Assembly: GCA_963765765.1 (NCBI GenBank)
Contig: CAVXYC010000020.1
Location: forward strand, 256,001-320,000
DNA length: 64,000 nt
Direction of reading: 5' to 3'
Source: an uncultured Chloroflexia bacterium
GTDB taxonomy: Bacteria > Chloroflexota > UBA6077 > JACCZL01
Position 1 is the stretch's first letter. The number at the start of each line of letters is the position of its first letter. This document shows, in pieces, positions 1 to 9,955 of this stretch. Position numbers and translations under genes: made by a program. The notes beneath the pieces were generated by a model, which worked only from the letters and a program-made list of their open reading frames with translations, did not search any database and had not been told where the DNA came from.

Positions 1-1215
1 TGGCTGAAAGTGGCACACCTTGCGAATCTTCCCAGTGAGTGGAAAGCACTGGATTCTGAGTTGCTGGGGTCGTGAACCGCGAGTTCGGATGCGCGGCCTT
101 CGTCTCCGAGGCCGGCGTCCACGGATTGCCCAGCCAGTCGGTCAGATGGTCCGGTTCGGGCCATCGATGCCTTCCCACCAGACTCGTCCATCATCCGTCA
201 CGGCGACGTTGGTGAATATCGAATTGCTCTGAACAGCCGCCATAGCGTTGGGGTTACTCTTCGCATTCGTACCCGGCGCTACGCCAAAGTAGCCAGATTC
301 CGGATTGATGGCCCAGAGACGGCCGTCGGGTCCCACGTTGATCCAGGCGATGTCCTCACCGACAGTTCGTACTCGCCAACCCTGGTCCTCAAACGGCGAT
401 CGAAGCATTGCGAGATTCGTCTTGCCGCATGCACTGGGGAACGCCCCGGCGATGTACATGACATCGCCATCTGGCGCTTGCAGCTCGAGGATCAGCATGT
501 GCTCGGCAAGCCAGCCCTGGTCTCGGCCCATCGTGGACGCAATGCGAAGGGAGAAGCATTTCTTACCCAGAAGCGCATTTCCACCGTAGCCCGAGCCCAC
601 ACTCCAGATCGTACGCGTGTCAGGGAAGTGAGCAATGAAGCGGCGGTCAGGTGAGAGGTCACCCAGCGAATGGAGACCGGGAACCCAGTCGACACCTTCC
701 GCACGCAACCGATCCGTAGCAACCTGCCCCATACGCGTCATGATGCGCATGTTCGCGACGACGTATGGACTATCGGTCAGCTCGACGCCAATCTTGCTGT
801 AGGGTGACGATGCCGGGCCCATCAAATAAGGGACCACGTACATCGTGCGTCCCCTCATGGCTCCATTAAAGAGCGGCCAGATCTGGTCCTGCGCCTGTTT
901 AGGGGACATCCAATTGTTGTTGGGTCCCGCGTCTATCTCGTTCTCCGTACAGATATACGTCAGGTGCTCCGTACGAGCGACATCCTGCGGATTGCTACGG
1001 TGAAGGTAACTGTTGGGATGTGCCTTGTGATTGAGCTCCAGCAGCGTCCCGTCCGACAGCATCTGGTCGATCAGCTGCTGGTTCTCCGTATCACTGCCGT
1101 CGCACCAGACAATCTGATCAGGCTGCGTGGTGCGCGAGACACGTTCTACCCACGCTTCAACTTCGGAAAGGCCCCCGGAGGAATGGGACGCAGATACGGA
1201 AGAAGTAACGGCCAT
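1..1215 (-). CDS. pckG: Phosphoenolpyruvate carboxykinase (GTP), 3' end outside window; frameshift near 158
   Basis: Motifs [37 protein letters not shown]; after a CCC-run frameshift the other frame continues ...KAAHPNSRF. Probable ATG at 1215. Confidence 0.93.
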
Positions 1216-1442
1216 CGATCTGTTGCCTCCCGCCACGAGCGCCGTTGCACGAAGAGAATATGGTTCAATGATGGCGCCACGGACGTTAATATCCCTGGAC
1301 TTTTCGACTCTCGACACGCTCGAGGTTGCCATTACGAGTATACAGCGGAGCATCCGTCGCGTGACTCACAGCTGACGACCGCATGACCGCATTGTTCACC
1401 GACACAAACGGCGGCACAGTAAATCGCGCGTCTCCCCTAATA

Positions 1443-2865
1443 ATGGCGTCTCAGCGATCGCTCGCGTTCACGGGGTCAATCTTCCTGATCCTCGCCGGCG
1501 CCGCGATTCTAAAGATTGCGCTTCTCTTCCGTGCGGTTGGGTTCGAGCAAGGCGACCCGCTTGAGTACATCAACATCGCCCACGCAATTGCGTATCGGAC
1601 CGGTGAGGTAGTGGTGGGATATTCGCCCGCTGCTTTATCCCCTGGTCCTTGTGCCAGTCACCTGGGTGGGCAGTCTCCTTCCCGATCCCACCGGCGAGGC
1701 AGCGGTGCGCCTGCTCCGATCCACTCCGCTGGCGTTCTCTCTGGGGTGCCTGGCGGTATCAACCGCGATTTCGGGAACGCTTTCCGGAAGATTCGCAGCG
1801 ATTTGCACGGCTCTCATGTTGGCCAGCAACTCGGTCTTTAATCAGCTCTCCGTCTCCCCATTCGCGGAGATCCCGGCTACATTTGGCGTCCTTCTGGCAG
1901 CGCTCATTGCTATTCGCGCTCAGCCAACCACCAGATCCGGATTGGCGGTTGGCGTTGCGTTGGGGCTCGGCTGCATGGCCCGCTATCAATCGCTCGCGTT
2001 CATTGTGCCGTTTGGCATCTGGATGCTGCTCAGCGGCAGTCGCGCTCGCCTCACCGGCTTCGTCGGCGGACTTCTGGCCTGTGGTGCACTTCAGGGTCTG
2101 CTCGACATCCTTGCCTACGGCGCGCCATTTCACAGTCTCATTCAATCCGCGGCCTACAACGTCACGACTGATGAAGCAGCTAGTTTTTACGGAGCCGAGC
2201 CGCCGTGGTGGTATGCCGAGACCGTCGGAGATTGGCTCGGGTACGCGTCGCTGGCTCTCGCGATTCTGGGCTCGGTCATGGCCGTTCGCGGGAATCGCAG
2301 ACGAGAGTGGTCGCTGGTCCTTCCGCTTGCCGCGGTGATGTTGATCTGGCTCTCGGCCATTGCGCACAAGGAGCCACGCTTCACCAGCCAGGTGACGCCA
2401 TTTCTGATCATCGCAGCGGGGCATGGCGCATCCGCCATTCTGCAGGGTCATTCGCGATTAGGACCTTATGCCGCCATAGCGGCGATAGTCGTAGCAACAG
2501 TCCCCGGATACTGGCAGAGTCTCTCGCTCGATCTGACATTTAATCCGGGCTTTGTTGAGGCTCCAAAGCTGGTGGCAGCTCAGCGCCCCGGCGCGGTGCT
2601 AGGCACCATTCCCTGGTTCGTTGCACGACCATACACCCACAATCGCATTGAGCTTGTCAGGGCAGACGTCGACCTCTGGGACGATCCAGGGCAGATGAGC
2701 GCGGTCATCGAACGAGCCGATTACCTGCTCCTGCGTGAATACGACTTTGCCGCCGACCGAGCAATCGATCGAATGATCAACAGCCAATTTCGAACAATTG
2801 AGACATATCCGGAGCAGGTGATACTTTTGGAAAAGCGGCCAGCTTCGACACCTCGAGGGCGATAA
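1443..2865 (+). CDS. Polytopic GT-C glycosyltransferase (Alg9/PIG-B/PMT-like mannosyltransferase); frameshift near 1610
   Basis: ORFs 1383..1841 and 1651..2865 join (D-P-L-E-Y...WWDIRPLLYP). Many TM segments and a HKEPRF motif typical of GT22-like enzymes. Confidence 0.7.
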
Positions 2866-2900
2866 AGGTGGTGACCAAGATCGGAGATCTAGAAGGTCGG

Positions 2901-4001
2901 TCAGCTGGGAGTCGCGTCTGTCATCCGCTGCAACGCGGCCACCTTAGGCATCAGCCCTGCCTCATCTGCACCGACCACGGTGACGTGACCGACCTTTCGA
3001 CCCGGCCGGGCGTCTTTGCGATATAGGTGAATGTGAGCGCCCGGAACCCTGGAGAGCTGGACGATATCGGGCGCGTCCCCGATGAAATTCAGCATAGCTG
3101 AGCGACCGATTGTTGAAACATCGCCAAGTGTCAGGCCCAGTATCGCGCGGAGATGGTTCTCGAATTGGCTGGTGACTGCGCCATCAATCGTCCAGTGACC
3201 CGAGTTGTGCACCCGTGGAGCGATCTCATTGGCCATAAGCCCGCCGGGAACCTGGAACAACTCAACGGCCAGCACTCCAACGTGACCAAGGTCACGCAGC
3301 AGCGCATGACCGATGCGCGTGGCCAGATTCTGTAGATCAAGTGTGATTCCTGGAGCGGGAGCAAGCGAGAGACGCAGAATTCCATCGCGATGATGATTTT
3401 CAGTGAGTGGATAAAACGCGATGCTGTCGTCGCGAGCGCGAGCAACGAGGATCGATAGCTCTCGAGCGAACATGATGCGCTCCTCGAGAATGAGCGGCTG
3501 ACCGCCGAGCTGCCCCCACGCCGCGTCGGCATCTTCGGCAGACTCAATGGGTGCCTGGCCTTTTCCGTCATATCCGAGTCGTCGAGTCTTGAGAATGGCC
3601 GAGCCGCCTACGATCCGGAGCGCTTCGTCCAGGTCGGACCGTGAATCCACGGCCGCGAATCGTGGCGTCGGAATCCCAAGCGCCTGGAAACGCATCTTCT
3701 CCTCGAGCCGATCCTGCGCAACCTGCAGCGATCGCGCGGACGGATACATCGGCACTCGAGCAGATACATACTCGGCCGTAAACAACGGCACATTCTCAAA
3801 CTCGTACGTGACGCAGTCCACACCGTCGAGAAAACGGTCAAGGGTTGCGGTATCCGTGTAATCACCAGCAATGAGCTCGCCAACGTCTGCCGCGCAAGCG
3901 CTGGCTTCAGGATCGAGAAATCGAAACTGGAGGCCAAGCGGAATTCCGGCGAGTGCAAGCATCCGCCCAAGCTGCCCACCACCCAGGATGCCGACGCGCA
4001 C
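2901..4001 (-). CDS. purK: N5-carboxyaminoimidazole ribonucleotide synthase
   Basis: GGGQLGRM, TYEFENVP, GYDGKGQ, NEIAPRVHNSGHWT, RKVGH; coupled to purE. Confidence 0.97.
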   Translation of the reverse strand: MRVGILGGGQLGRMLALAGIPLGLQFRFLDPEASACAADVGELIAGDYTDTATLDRFLDGVDCVTYEFENVPLFTAEYVSARVPMYPSARSLQVAQDRLEEKMRFQALGIPTPRFAAVDSRSDLDEALRIVGGSAILKTRRLGYDGKGQAPIESAEDADAAWGQLGGQPLILEERIMFARELSILVARARDDSIAFYPLTENHHRDGILRLSLAPAPGITLDLQNLATRIGHALLRDLGHVGVLAVELFQVPGGLMANEIAPRVHNSGHWTIDGAVTSQFENHLRAILGLTLGDVSTIGRSAMLNFIGDAPDIVQLSRVPGAHIHLYRKDARPGRKVGHVTVVGADEAGLMPKVAALQRMTDATPS

Positions 4002-4519
4002 TACGGAACGCTCGGATCAGGGTGGTCCAGGACCACTTGAGTCTGATTGGAACGAAACTCGTCGAACGCCTGCCGTAGGGAAGGGTACTTATTGCCTAGA
4101 ATAGACGCGGCCAGAAGTGCCGCATTCACAGCGCCAGATCGGCCGATCGCCATGGTGCCCACAGCTATCCCCGCGGGCATCTGAACGATGGAAAGCAGTG
4201 AATCCATACCTTTGAGCGCATGTGATTCCACCGGGACTCCGAGTACCGGTAATGACGTCTTGGAAGCCGTCATCCCCGGCAGATGGGCGGCTCCACCAGC
4301 ACCGGCGATGATGACCTCCAGACCTCGTTCGACAGCCGTTGAGGCGTAATCGAAAAGCAAGTCCGGTGTTCGGTGGGCGGAAACCACCCGGGTCTCGTAT
4401 GGAACTCCAAGCTGCGCGAGAGTTTCAGCAGCATGTTTCATGGTCTCCCAATCAGACCGGGAGCCCATGATCACGCCGACCAGCGCGGAATCGGGGACGT
4501 CTGCGATGATGTGCCTCAC
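4001..4519 (-). CDS. purE: N5-CAIR mutase
   Basis: [31 protein letters not shown]; start codon uncertain (GTG 4519). Confidence 0.96.
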   Translation of the reverse strand: MRHIIADVPDSALVGVIMGSRSDWETMKHAAETLAQLGVPYETRVVSAHRTPDLLFDYASTAVERGLEVIIAGAGGAAHLPGMTASKTSLPVLGVPVESHALKGMDSLLSIVQMPAGIAVGTMAIGRSGAVNAALLAASILGNKYPSLRQAFDEFRSNQTQVVLDHPDPSVP

Positions 4520-4636
4520 ACTTTTTGGACAAGGAGTAGTGGAAGCCGGGCCGCCTGACAGTGCGATCCTAGCCATGACTAATAGACCCACCGGCTGCGC
4601 AAGCAACGGGGTCTATGGTACAGTAAGACGTTCCGC

Positions 4637-4713
4637 GCGCGAGTAGCTCAGTGGATTAGAGCGCAGCCCTGCGAAGGCTGAGGTCGCGGGTTCAAGTCCC
4701 GCCTCGCGTACCA
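4637..4713 (+). tRNA. tRNA-Arg (anticodon GCG)
   Basis: Cloverleaf: acceptor GCGCGAG/CTCGCGT, D arm GCTC/GAGC, anticodon stem CAGCC/GGCTG with loop CT-GCG-AA, T arm GCGGG-TTCAAGT-CCCGC, encoded CCA; TGG-TACAGT extended -10 upstream. Confidence 0.95.
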
Positions 4714-4844
4714 TTCGGTCCCCCGGACCGTACTTTCCCTCGCTCTTCCATTTTCTCCCCGCGTGACGCTATCGTATCGTGCTCTGCCCAGGTTTCGGGC
4801 CTACAATCTGCGTTGGGCGGGACCTGGCGTGGTCAAGGGTGAGT

Positions 4845-5492
4845 ATGGCGCGAAAGCACTTAGCAGCAGACCGCATTCGTCGAGTCTGGCAGATCGTCGA
4901 AGACATTGCTCAGGAGCCTGGCAAGGGTCGACGCGATCTGGCAGAGACGTTTTCGTTGAGCGAACGACAGGTTCAGGCTGACTTGAACCTCATTCGCGCC
5001 GACATGCGTCTGCCCCTTGTTCGACACCAGGGCTACCGATTCGAAACGCCCCAAAACGGCACCGGGCCCACTTTTACCTTGCGGGAAGCGCAGCTACTGC
5101 TTATGGCAGTACGGCAGCTCGGTCGGGAGCGCGGTGGACTTCAGCGAGAGCTGACCGCACTGATGCGCAAACTGCCATCGCTTTTCCCGCCCCACCTGCG
5201 CCCACTCGCTGATCGAATATTGCAGTCGATGACCCCAGCCAGCGCCAGACAGCCCGATGAAGACGAGATGTTTGCCACGTTGTCGGAAGCCGCCGTGCGC
5301 AAAGGCCAGGTCCAGCTTCATTACGCAGCGAATGATCTCTCGACAGCAATTCAAGACCCCATTGTGCGCGTCGAGCTGCTCGTGCCTTACACCGAATCCT
5401 GGTACCTTATAGGCGTGTGTCAACAACGCAATCGCCTTATGATGTTCGACCTCGAGAACGTCTCGAGCGTGACCGCGCTCTCTCGCAAATGA
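4845..5492 (+). CDS. HTH + WYL domain transcriptional regulator (no C-terminal WCX domain)
   Basis: N-terminal winged HTH (DLAETFSLSERQVQADL), C-terminal WYL domain (VELLVPYTESWYLIGVCQQRNRLMMFDLENV). Confidence 0.85.
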   Translation: MARKHLAADRIRRVWQIVEDIAQEPGKGRRDLAETFSLSERQVQADLNLIRADMRLPLVRHQGYRFETPQNGTGPTFTLREAQLLLMAVRQLGRERGGLQRELTALMRKLPSLFPPHLRPLADRILQSMTPASARQPDEDEMFATLSEAAVRKGQVQLHYAANDLSTAIQDPIVRVELLVPYTESWYLIGVCQQRNRLMMFDLENVSSVTALSRK

Positions 5493-6076
5493 GCCCCCTT
5501 ATCAATTCGCACTGGCGCTTGGGTGCCTTTTTCATTGTGGCCGTCTGCATTCTTGCCGCTTCCTCGGCTGCGCGTGCAGACGATGCGCCTAGCAGCGCCT
5601 CGACGGATCCGCAGTTTGAGAATGGCTCCCCGCCGGTGCGCATCAGCATTCCGGCGATTGGGCTGGACACTGACGTCATGCCGGTGGCCACGGACGACGA
5701 TGGGGCGATGAGCGCGCCGGGCAATCCTGATGCAGTCGGCTGGTACTCTCTTGGGCCGGGCATTGGCATTGGCGGTAACGTTGTGCTTGCAGGTCACGTC
5801 GACTGGGGCGGCCGTCTACGCGCTTTCGGTAAGCTGCACTCAGTCTCTGAAGGCGATTCCGTCACGGTGTGGGACGCGAATGGCCGGGCCGAGCGCTACG
5901 TCGTTCAAGCGTCCGATTGGGTGGAGGCGGAGGGTGCGGCGGTCGATGAGATCTTCGGCTCACGCGACGTACCCAGCATAACGCTCATCACGTGCGGTGG
6001 GACATTTGATCCGTGGACTCATCAGTATCTCCACAGACTCATCGTGCGCGCGCTCAGGACCGCGGACGACACGTAG
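5489..6076 (+). CDS. Class F sortase
   Basis: N-terminal hydrophobic anchor, PVRISIPAIG, VGWY, LAGHVD (His), LITCGG (Cys), RLIV (Arg); ATGA overlap with the WYL gene. Confidence 0.9.
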   Translation: MSPLINSHWRLGAFFIVAVCILAASSAARADDAPSSASTDPQFENGSPPVRISIPAIGLDTDVMPVATDDDGAMSAPGNPDAVGWYSLGPGIGIGGNVVLAGHVDWGGRLRAFGKLHSVSEGDSVTVWDANGRAERYVVQASDWVEAEGAAVDEIFGSRDVPSITLITCGGTFDPWTHQYLHRLIVRALRTADDT

Positions 6077-6180
6077 AGAGGAAGCACCGCGAATTTCTTG
6101 GCCGCCAATTGAGATTTCGACTGACGGCCTCAATCGTCGCGGCGGGCAGGGAGGCGCCCTACGGATCAGCCTGGCGAATG

Positions 6181-6615
6181 CTACACAAACGTCAGCGCGG
6201 TAACAATTCCTAGAAGTGCACCCACGAAGACTTCGAATGGCGTGTGTCCAAGCAGCTCAATCAGACGGCGCTCGCTGAATTTCTGCTGCTCAAAAAGCTC
6301 CTCGATCATGCGGTTGAGCGTGCGCGCTTGCATGCTGACGGCGCGCCGTACTCCGGCCGCGTCGTACAACACAACCCCAGCAAAGACGGCGGCAAGGGCA
6401 AACATCGCAGAGCCTGTTCCCTGATCCATTCCGATACGCGTTGTCAGAGCCGTCACGAGAGCAGAGTGGGAGCTTGGCATGCCACCAGCGCTCAACATTG
6501 TCCGAGCGTGGAATCGATGCTCACGAAGTGCCACAACAACGGCTTTGGAGAGCTGCGCAATAAACCAGGCTAGAGCGGATGCCCCCAATACATCATTGTG
6601 GATCAGATCATTCAT
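6181..6615 (-). CDS. Divergent PAP2 family protein (DUF212)
   Basis: GGMPSSHSA, YDAAGVRR, LGHTPFEV motifs. Confidence 0.92.
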   Translation of the reverse strand: MNDLIHNDVLGASALAWFIAQLSKAVVVALREHRFHARTMLSAGGMPSSHSALVTALTTRIGMDQGTGSAMFALAAVFAGVVLYDAAGVRRAVSMQARTLNRMIEELFEQQKFSERRLIELLGHTPFEVFVGALLGIVTALTFV

Positions 6616-6676
6616 CGGCAATCTCTGAGAGGCGACGGTCTTACGTTGACCGCGCCGTCCATCGTGCCGCGGAGTT

Positions 6677-6907
6677 TCACAGATCATCCTCATCATCGTC
6701 GGGCGCATCGACGAACAGGTCTGACTGGACAAGTCGCGTCACACGCAGCTCGGCTTCGTCGAGCATCGCGCGGCATTGTGTTGCGATCTGGATTCCCTGC
6801 TCGAAACGAGCGATGGCTTCATCCAACGGGAGACCGCCCTGCTCCAGAGTTGCTATCGTCTCCTGAAGCCGCGAGAAGCTCTCCTCGAAGCTCGGTGTCT
6901 CTTCCAT
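6677..6907 (-). CDS. xseB: Exodeoxyribonuclease VII small subunit
   Basis: SFEES...LE.G.LPLDEAI..FEQG...C...LDEAE; AGGAG RBS; follows xseA. Confidence 0.93.
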   Translation of the reverse strand: MEETPSFEESFSRLQETIATLEQGGLPLDEAIARFEQGIQIATQCRAMLDEAELRVTRLVQSDLFVDAPDDDEDDL

Positions 6908-8123
6908 TCTTCTTCTCCTGTTGGACTGATTCCACACGGGCGTCAATTGTCCCATCGTGGACAACTGCCTGGAGCTGATCACCCGACTTTACCTGGCTCG
7001 CTGAGGTCACCACGCCACGGCCCTGAACCAGCGCAATGGAGTACCCCCGAGCCAAGGTCTCCCGCGGCGACAGCGCTGTGAGCTGCAGCGTGCGCCCTTC
7101 GAGCTGTCCCCGCTCTAACTGAATTTGATTTTTCAACCCCAACGAGGCGCTGTGGAGAGCCGAGCCAATCTGTTGGCGGCGTAGCGCAATCGTTTCCAGC
7201 GGCGACGCACCGCTCAGACGAAGCTCCATTGACCGCTGTTGTTCCCGCAATGTTGTAAGTCGCCGCTGAATGATCTGCGCTCCGCGCCGAATAGTTGCTG
7301 CGATGTGGCGATCGAGCACATCCGCGTCTGGAGTGACAAGCTCCGCTGCCGCGGTGGGCGTGGCAGCTCGACGATCGGCCACGAAGTCAGCGATGCTGAA
7401 ATCAACCTCGTGGCCCACCGCGGAGACCACAGGGATCGGACAACGAAAGATGGCCCGCGCCAGTCGTTCATCGTTGAACGCCGCCAGGTCCTCCGCCGAC
7501 CCCCCGCCTCGGCCGATGATGAGCACGTCTACCGATGCCTGGTTCTGGTGATACCAGTTCATCAAGCTGATCGCCTCGATCAGCTCTCTCGGCGCCATGT
7601 CGCCCTGAACAGCACTATGCGCGAAGACGATCTCCGCGATCGGGTAGCGCCGACTCACGCAGGTCAACACATCGTGTAACACCGCACCACCATCAGAAGT
7701 CACAAGCCCAATGCGCTTCGGAAAGATGGGGAGTGGTCGCTTGCGCTCTTCAGCGAACAGCCCTTCTTGCTCGAGCTTGCGACGCAAGGCCTCAAAGAGA
7801 AGCTGCCCTTGCCCCAATCCAGCCGGGTATAGCAGATCAACAATGAGCTGCAGCTTCCCACCGGCCTCGTAAAAAGCGACCTCTCCGTGAATGGAGACAG
7901 CCATCCCAGCGACCGGGGTCACCCCAGACGCCATGACCGAGCTGCGGAACATGACGCACGGAAGCTGGCTCCGATCGTCACGGAGAGTAAAGTAATAGTG
8001 CCCCGAGCTCGCCCTCGTGAGCGAGCTTATGTCGCCCTCTACCCAGACATCGGACAGGATGTCGTCCGCCCGAAGATAGTCATGGATGTACTGGGCCAGC
8101 TCACCAACGGCAAAGATCTGCAT
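6819..8123 (-). CDS. xseA: Exodeoxyribonuclease VII large subunit
   Basis: WVEGDIS, SGHYYFTL, RGGGS.EDL..FNDE, SAVGHE.D, RAATPTAAAE. Confidence 0.96.
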   Translation of the reverse strand: MQIFAVGELAQYIHDYLRADDILSDVWVEGDISSLTRASSGHYYFTLRDDRSQLPCVMFRSSVMASGVTPVAGMAVSIHGEVAFYEAGGKLQLIVDLLYPAGLGQGQLLFEALRRKLEQEGLFAEERKRPLPIFPKRIGLVTSDGGAVLHDVLTCVSRRYPIAEIVFAHSAVQGDMAPRELIEAISLMNWYHQNQASVDVLIIGRGGGSAEDLAAFNDERLARAIFRCPIPVVSAVGHEVDFSIADFVADRRAATPTAAAELVTPDADVLDRHIAATIRRGAQIIQRRLTTLREQQRSMELRLSGASPLETIALRRQQIGSALHSASLGLKNQIQLERGQLEGRTLQLTALSPRETLARGYSIALVQGRGVVTSASQVKSGDQLQAVVHDGTIDARVESVQQEKKNGRDTELRGELLAASGDDSNSGAGRSPVG

Positions 8124-8210
8124 TGAACAAATGGTAGTTGATTGGAGTGAGCTTGAGCGCTCGGGGGAGAGAAACAGTCACCGGATGGATACATGGACCA
8201 ACAAGACGAC

Positions 8211-8248
8211 AGGGGCGAATGAGACTTACTCGTCCCATTCGCCCCTAC
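8211..8248. repeat. GTAG-type REP-like palindrome downstream of efp (may also act as terminator)
   Basis: Minus strand reads GTAG-GGGCGAATGGGAC-gagtaa-GTCTCATTCGCCCCT; near-perfect 15-bp stem. Confidence 0.55.
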
Positions 8249-8277
8249 AAGGCCTCTGTGTGAAGGCGCTCGAAAGA

Positions 8278-8835
8278 CTAGACGCGCTCCAGGTACGTCC
8301 CCGTACGCGTATCTACCTTGATCTTGTCACCAATGTTGACGAAAAGCGGGACCTGAATGCCCAAGCCGGTATCAAGCTTAGCAGGCTTGGTGCCGCCGGA
8401 TGCCGTATCACCACGGAATCCGGGATCTGTCTCAACGACCTCGAACTCGAGCGTGATCGGTAGCTCCACGCCCACGGGCTCTTCGCCGTAGAACTGCACG
8501 TCCAGCTCACCGTTCTCCTTGAGATAGAGCACGGTATCGCCGAGCTGCTCGGGAGTGAGAGCAAACTGATCGTACGTCTCCTGGTCCATCATGTAGTAGT
8601 TGTCGCCCTCTTTGTAGAGGTACTCAACCTTGCGATTCTCGAGGCGCACGCGCGGGAATTTCTCACCGGCCTGGAATGTCTTTTCCAATGTGGCCCCGGA
8701 GCGAACGTTGCGCACCTTGATGCGCACCTGAGCGCTGCCGCGACCAACTTTGATGTGCTGGTAGTCCAGAACCGTAAAGAGCTGGCCGTCGATGTCAACG
8801 ACCACACCCTTCCGCATGTCAGCGGTAGAAATCAC
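8278..8835 (-). CDS. efp: Elongation factor P
   Basis: KVGRGSA, TDPGFRGDTASGGTKPA, VPLFV, DTRTGTYLER; own GTG start with GGAGG RBS. Confidence 0.96.
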   Translation of the reverse strand: MISTADMRKGVVVDIDGQLFTVLDYQHIKVGRGSAQVRIKVRNVRSGATLEKTFQAGEKFPRVRLENRKVEYLYKEGDNYYMMDQETYDQFALTPEQLGDTVLYLKENGELDVQFYGEEPVGVELPITLEFEVVETDPGFRGDTASGGTKPAKLDTGLGIQVPLFVNIGDKIKVDTRTGTYLERV

Positions 8836-9955
8836 GCCGAAACCTCCGTGAGCTCGAGCTTTTTGGGAGAGCCGGGTCATCACTCGAGCACCGTTCTCCT
8901 GCATCACCACCAGATCTTCGATACGGACGCCGCCCCAGCCGGGCAGATAGATGCCCGGCTCCACGCTGAAGACCATGCCGGTTTGAAGCACCGTCTCACC
9001 GCGGATAGGGGACACCCATGGCGGCTCGTGCACTTCCAGTCCAATCCCATGACCGGTACTGTGGCTGAAGTGCTCCTTGAACCCGGCCTTCTCAATGACT
9101 GCCCGTGAGAGCTGATCCACATCCGTGCCGGTCATGCCGGGGCGCATCTCTCGTTCGGCCACTTCCTGCGCCTCGAGTACGATCCCGTAGACCTCTTTCA
9201 GCCTATCCGGCGCCGGGCCAATGCACACTGTTCGTGTCATATCCGAACAGTAGCCGTCCTTCAGCGCACCGATATCGATCTTGATCGGCTCACCGCGCTG
9301 GAACTGGCGATCTGTTGGTATTGCGTGGGGCATGGATGCATTGGGCCCACTGGCGACGATGGAGCTGAATGAGGTCCCATCTGCCCCGTGTGTTCGGAGA
9401 TAGCGCTCCACTTCCCAGGCAATCGCCTTCTCGGTCTGCCCAGGCCGAACCTCGGTAAGGACATGCGCCAGACATTCGTCCAGTACGTCGATCGCCGCCT
9501 GGAGCATCTCAAGCTCTTTCGCGTCTTTGATGATGCGCAGTCGATCCACGAGGTCTTGCGTAGGCACCAACTCAATGTCGCCCTGCAGTGCCTCGCTGAA
9601 CTTCGAGTAGATGCCGTAAGGGAGGTGGATGGCTTCAAAAGCGATCTTCTTGGCACCCATTGCGCTCAGGCGCTCCTTCATGAGGTCAGTCGCCTTAGCG
9701 CCCGCGGAGTACGTCACTACTTCGTAATCGGGGGCTTCCTGGGCCGCCTGCTCGTTAGTGCGAGTGTCCGTAAACAGATTCAGCCGAAGTCTTGGTGATG
9801 AGGAGATAACCTGCCGAGTCTCGTGGAGGCAGATCGTGTCCGCGATACCCGCTCAAGTAGTAGCGCGACTCCGGTTGGCTGATGAGAATTCCATCGACCT
9901 CGGCGGAGTCGAGCTCCGCTCGAAGCCGCGTTACTCTATCGAGATACGCCGACAT
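8832..9955 (-). CDS. Xaa-Pro aminopeptidase (M24), two frameshifts (~9780, ~8873)
   Basis: Creatinase N-domain (YYLSGY), metal ligands DIG, YCSDMTRT, HSTGHGIGLEVHE, EPGIY, GVRIED; conserved position upstream of efp. Confidence 0.88.

Noticed and set aside
4637-6180. Integrated element at tRNA-Arg
   Set aside because: No integrase, no duplicated tRNA 3' end (att site) seen downstream, and composition resembles the flanks.
6819-6907. 89-nt overlap of the xseA C-terminus with xseB
   Set aside because: A low-information tail running past the xseB start; either natural stop drift or an indel, with no sign of function.
8126-8137. LexA-box-like GAACAAATGGTA upstream of xseA
   Set aside because: Only one half-site matches GAAC-N4-GTTC; better explained as the -10 box of a leaderless promoter.
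8278-9717. 479-aa aminopeptidase P-EF-P fusion ORF
   Set aside because: One extra base near 8873; the corrected peptidase ends ...KKLELTEVSA-TGA overlapping the efp GTG, which has its own GGAGG RBS. Indel artefact.
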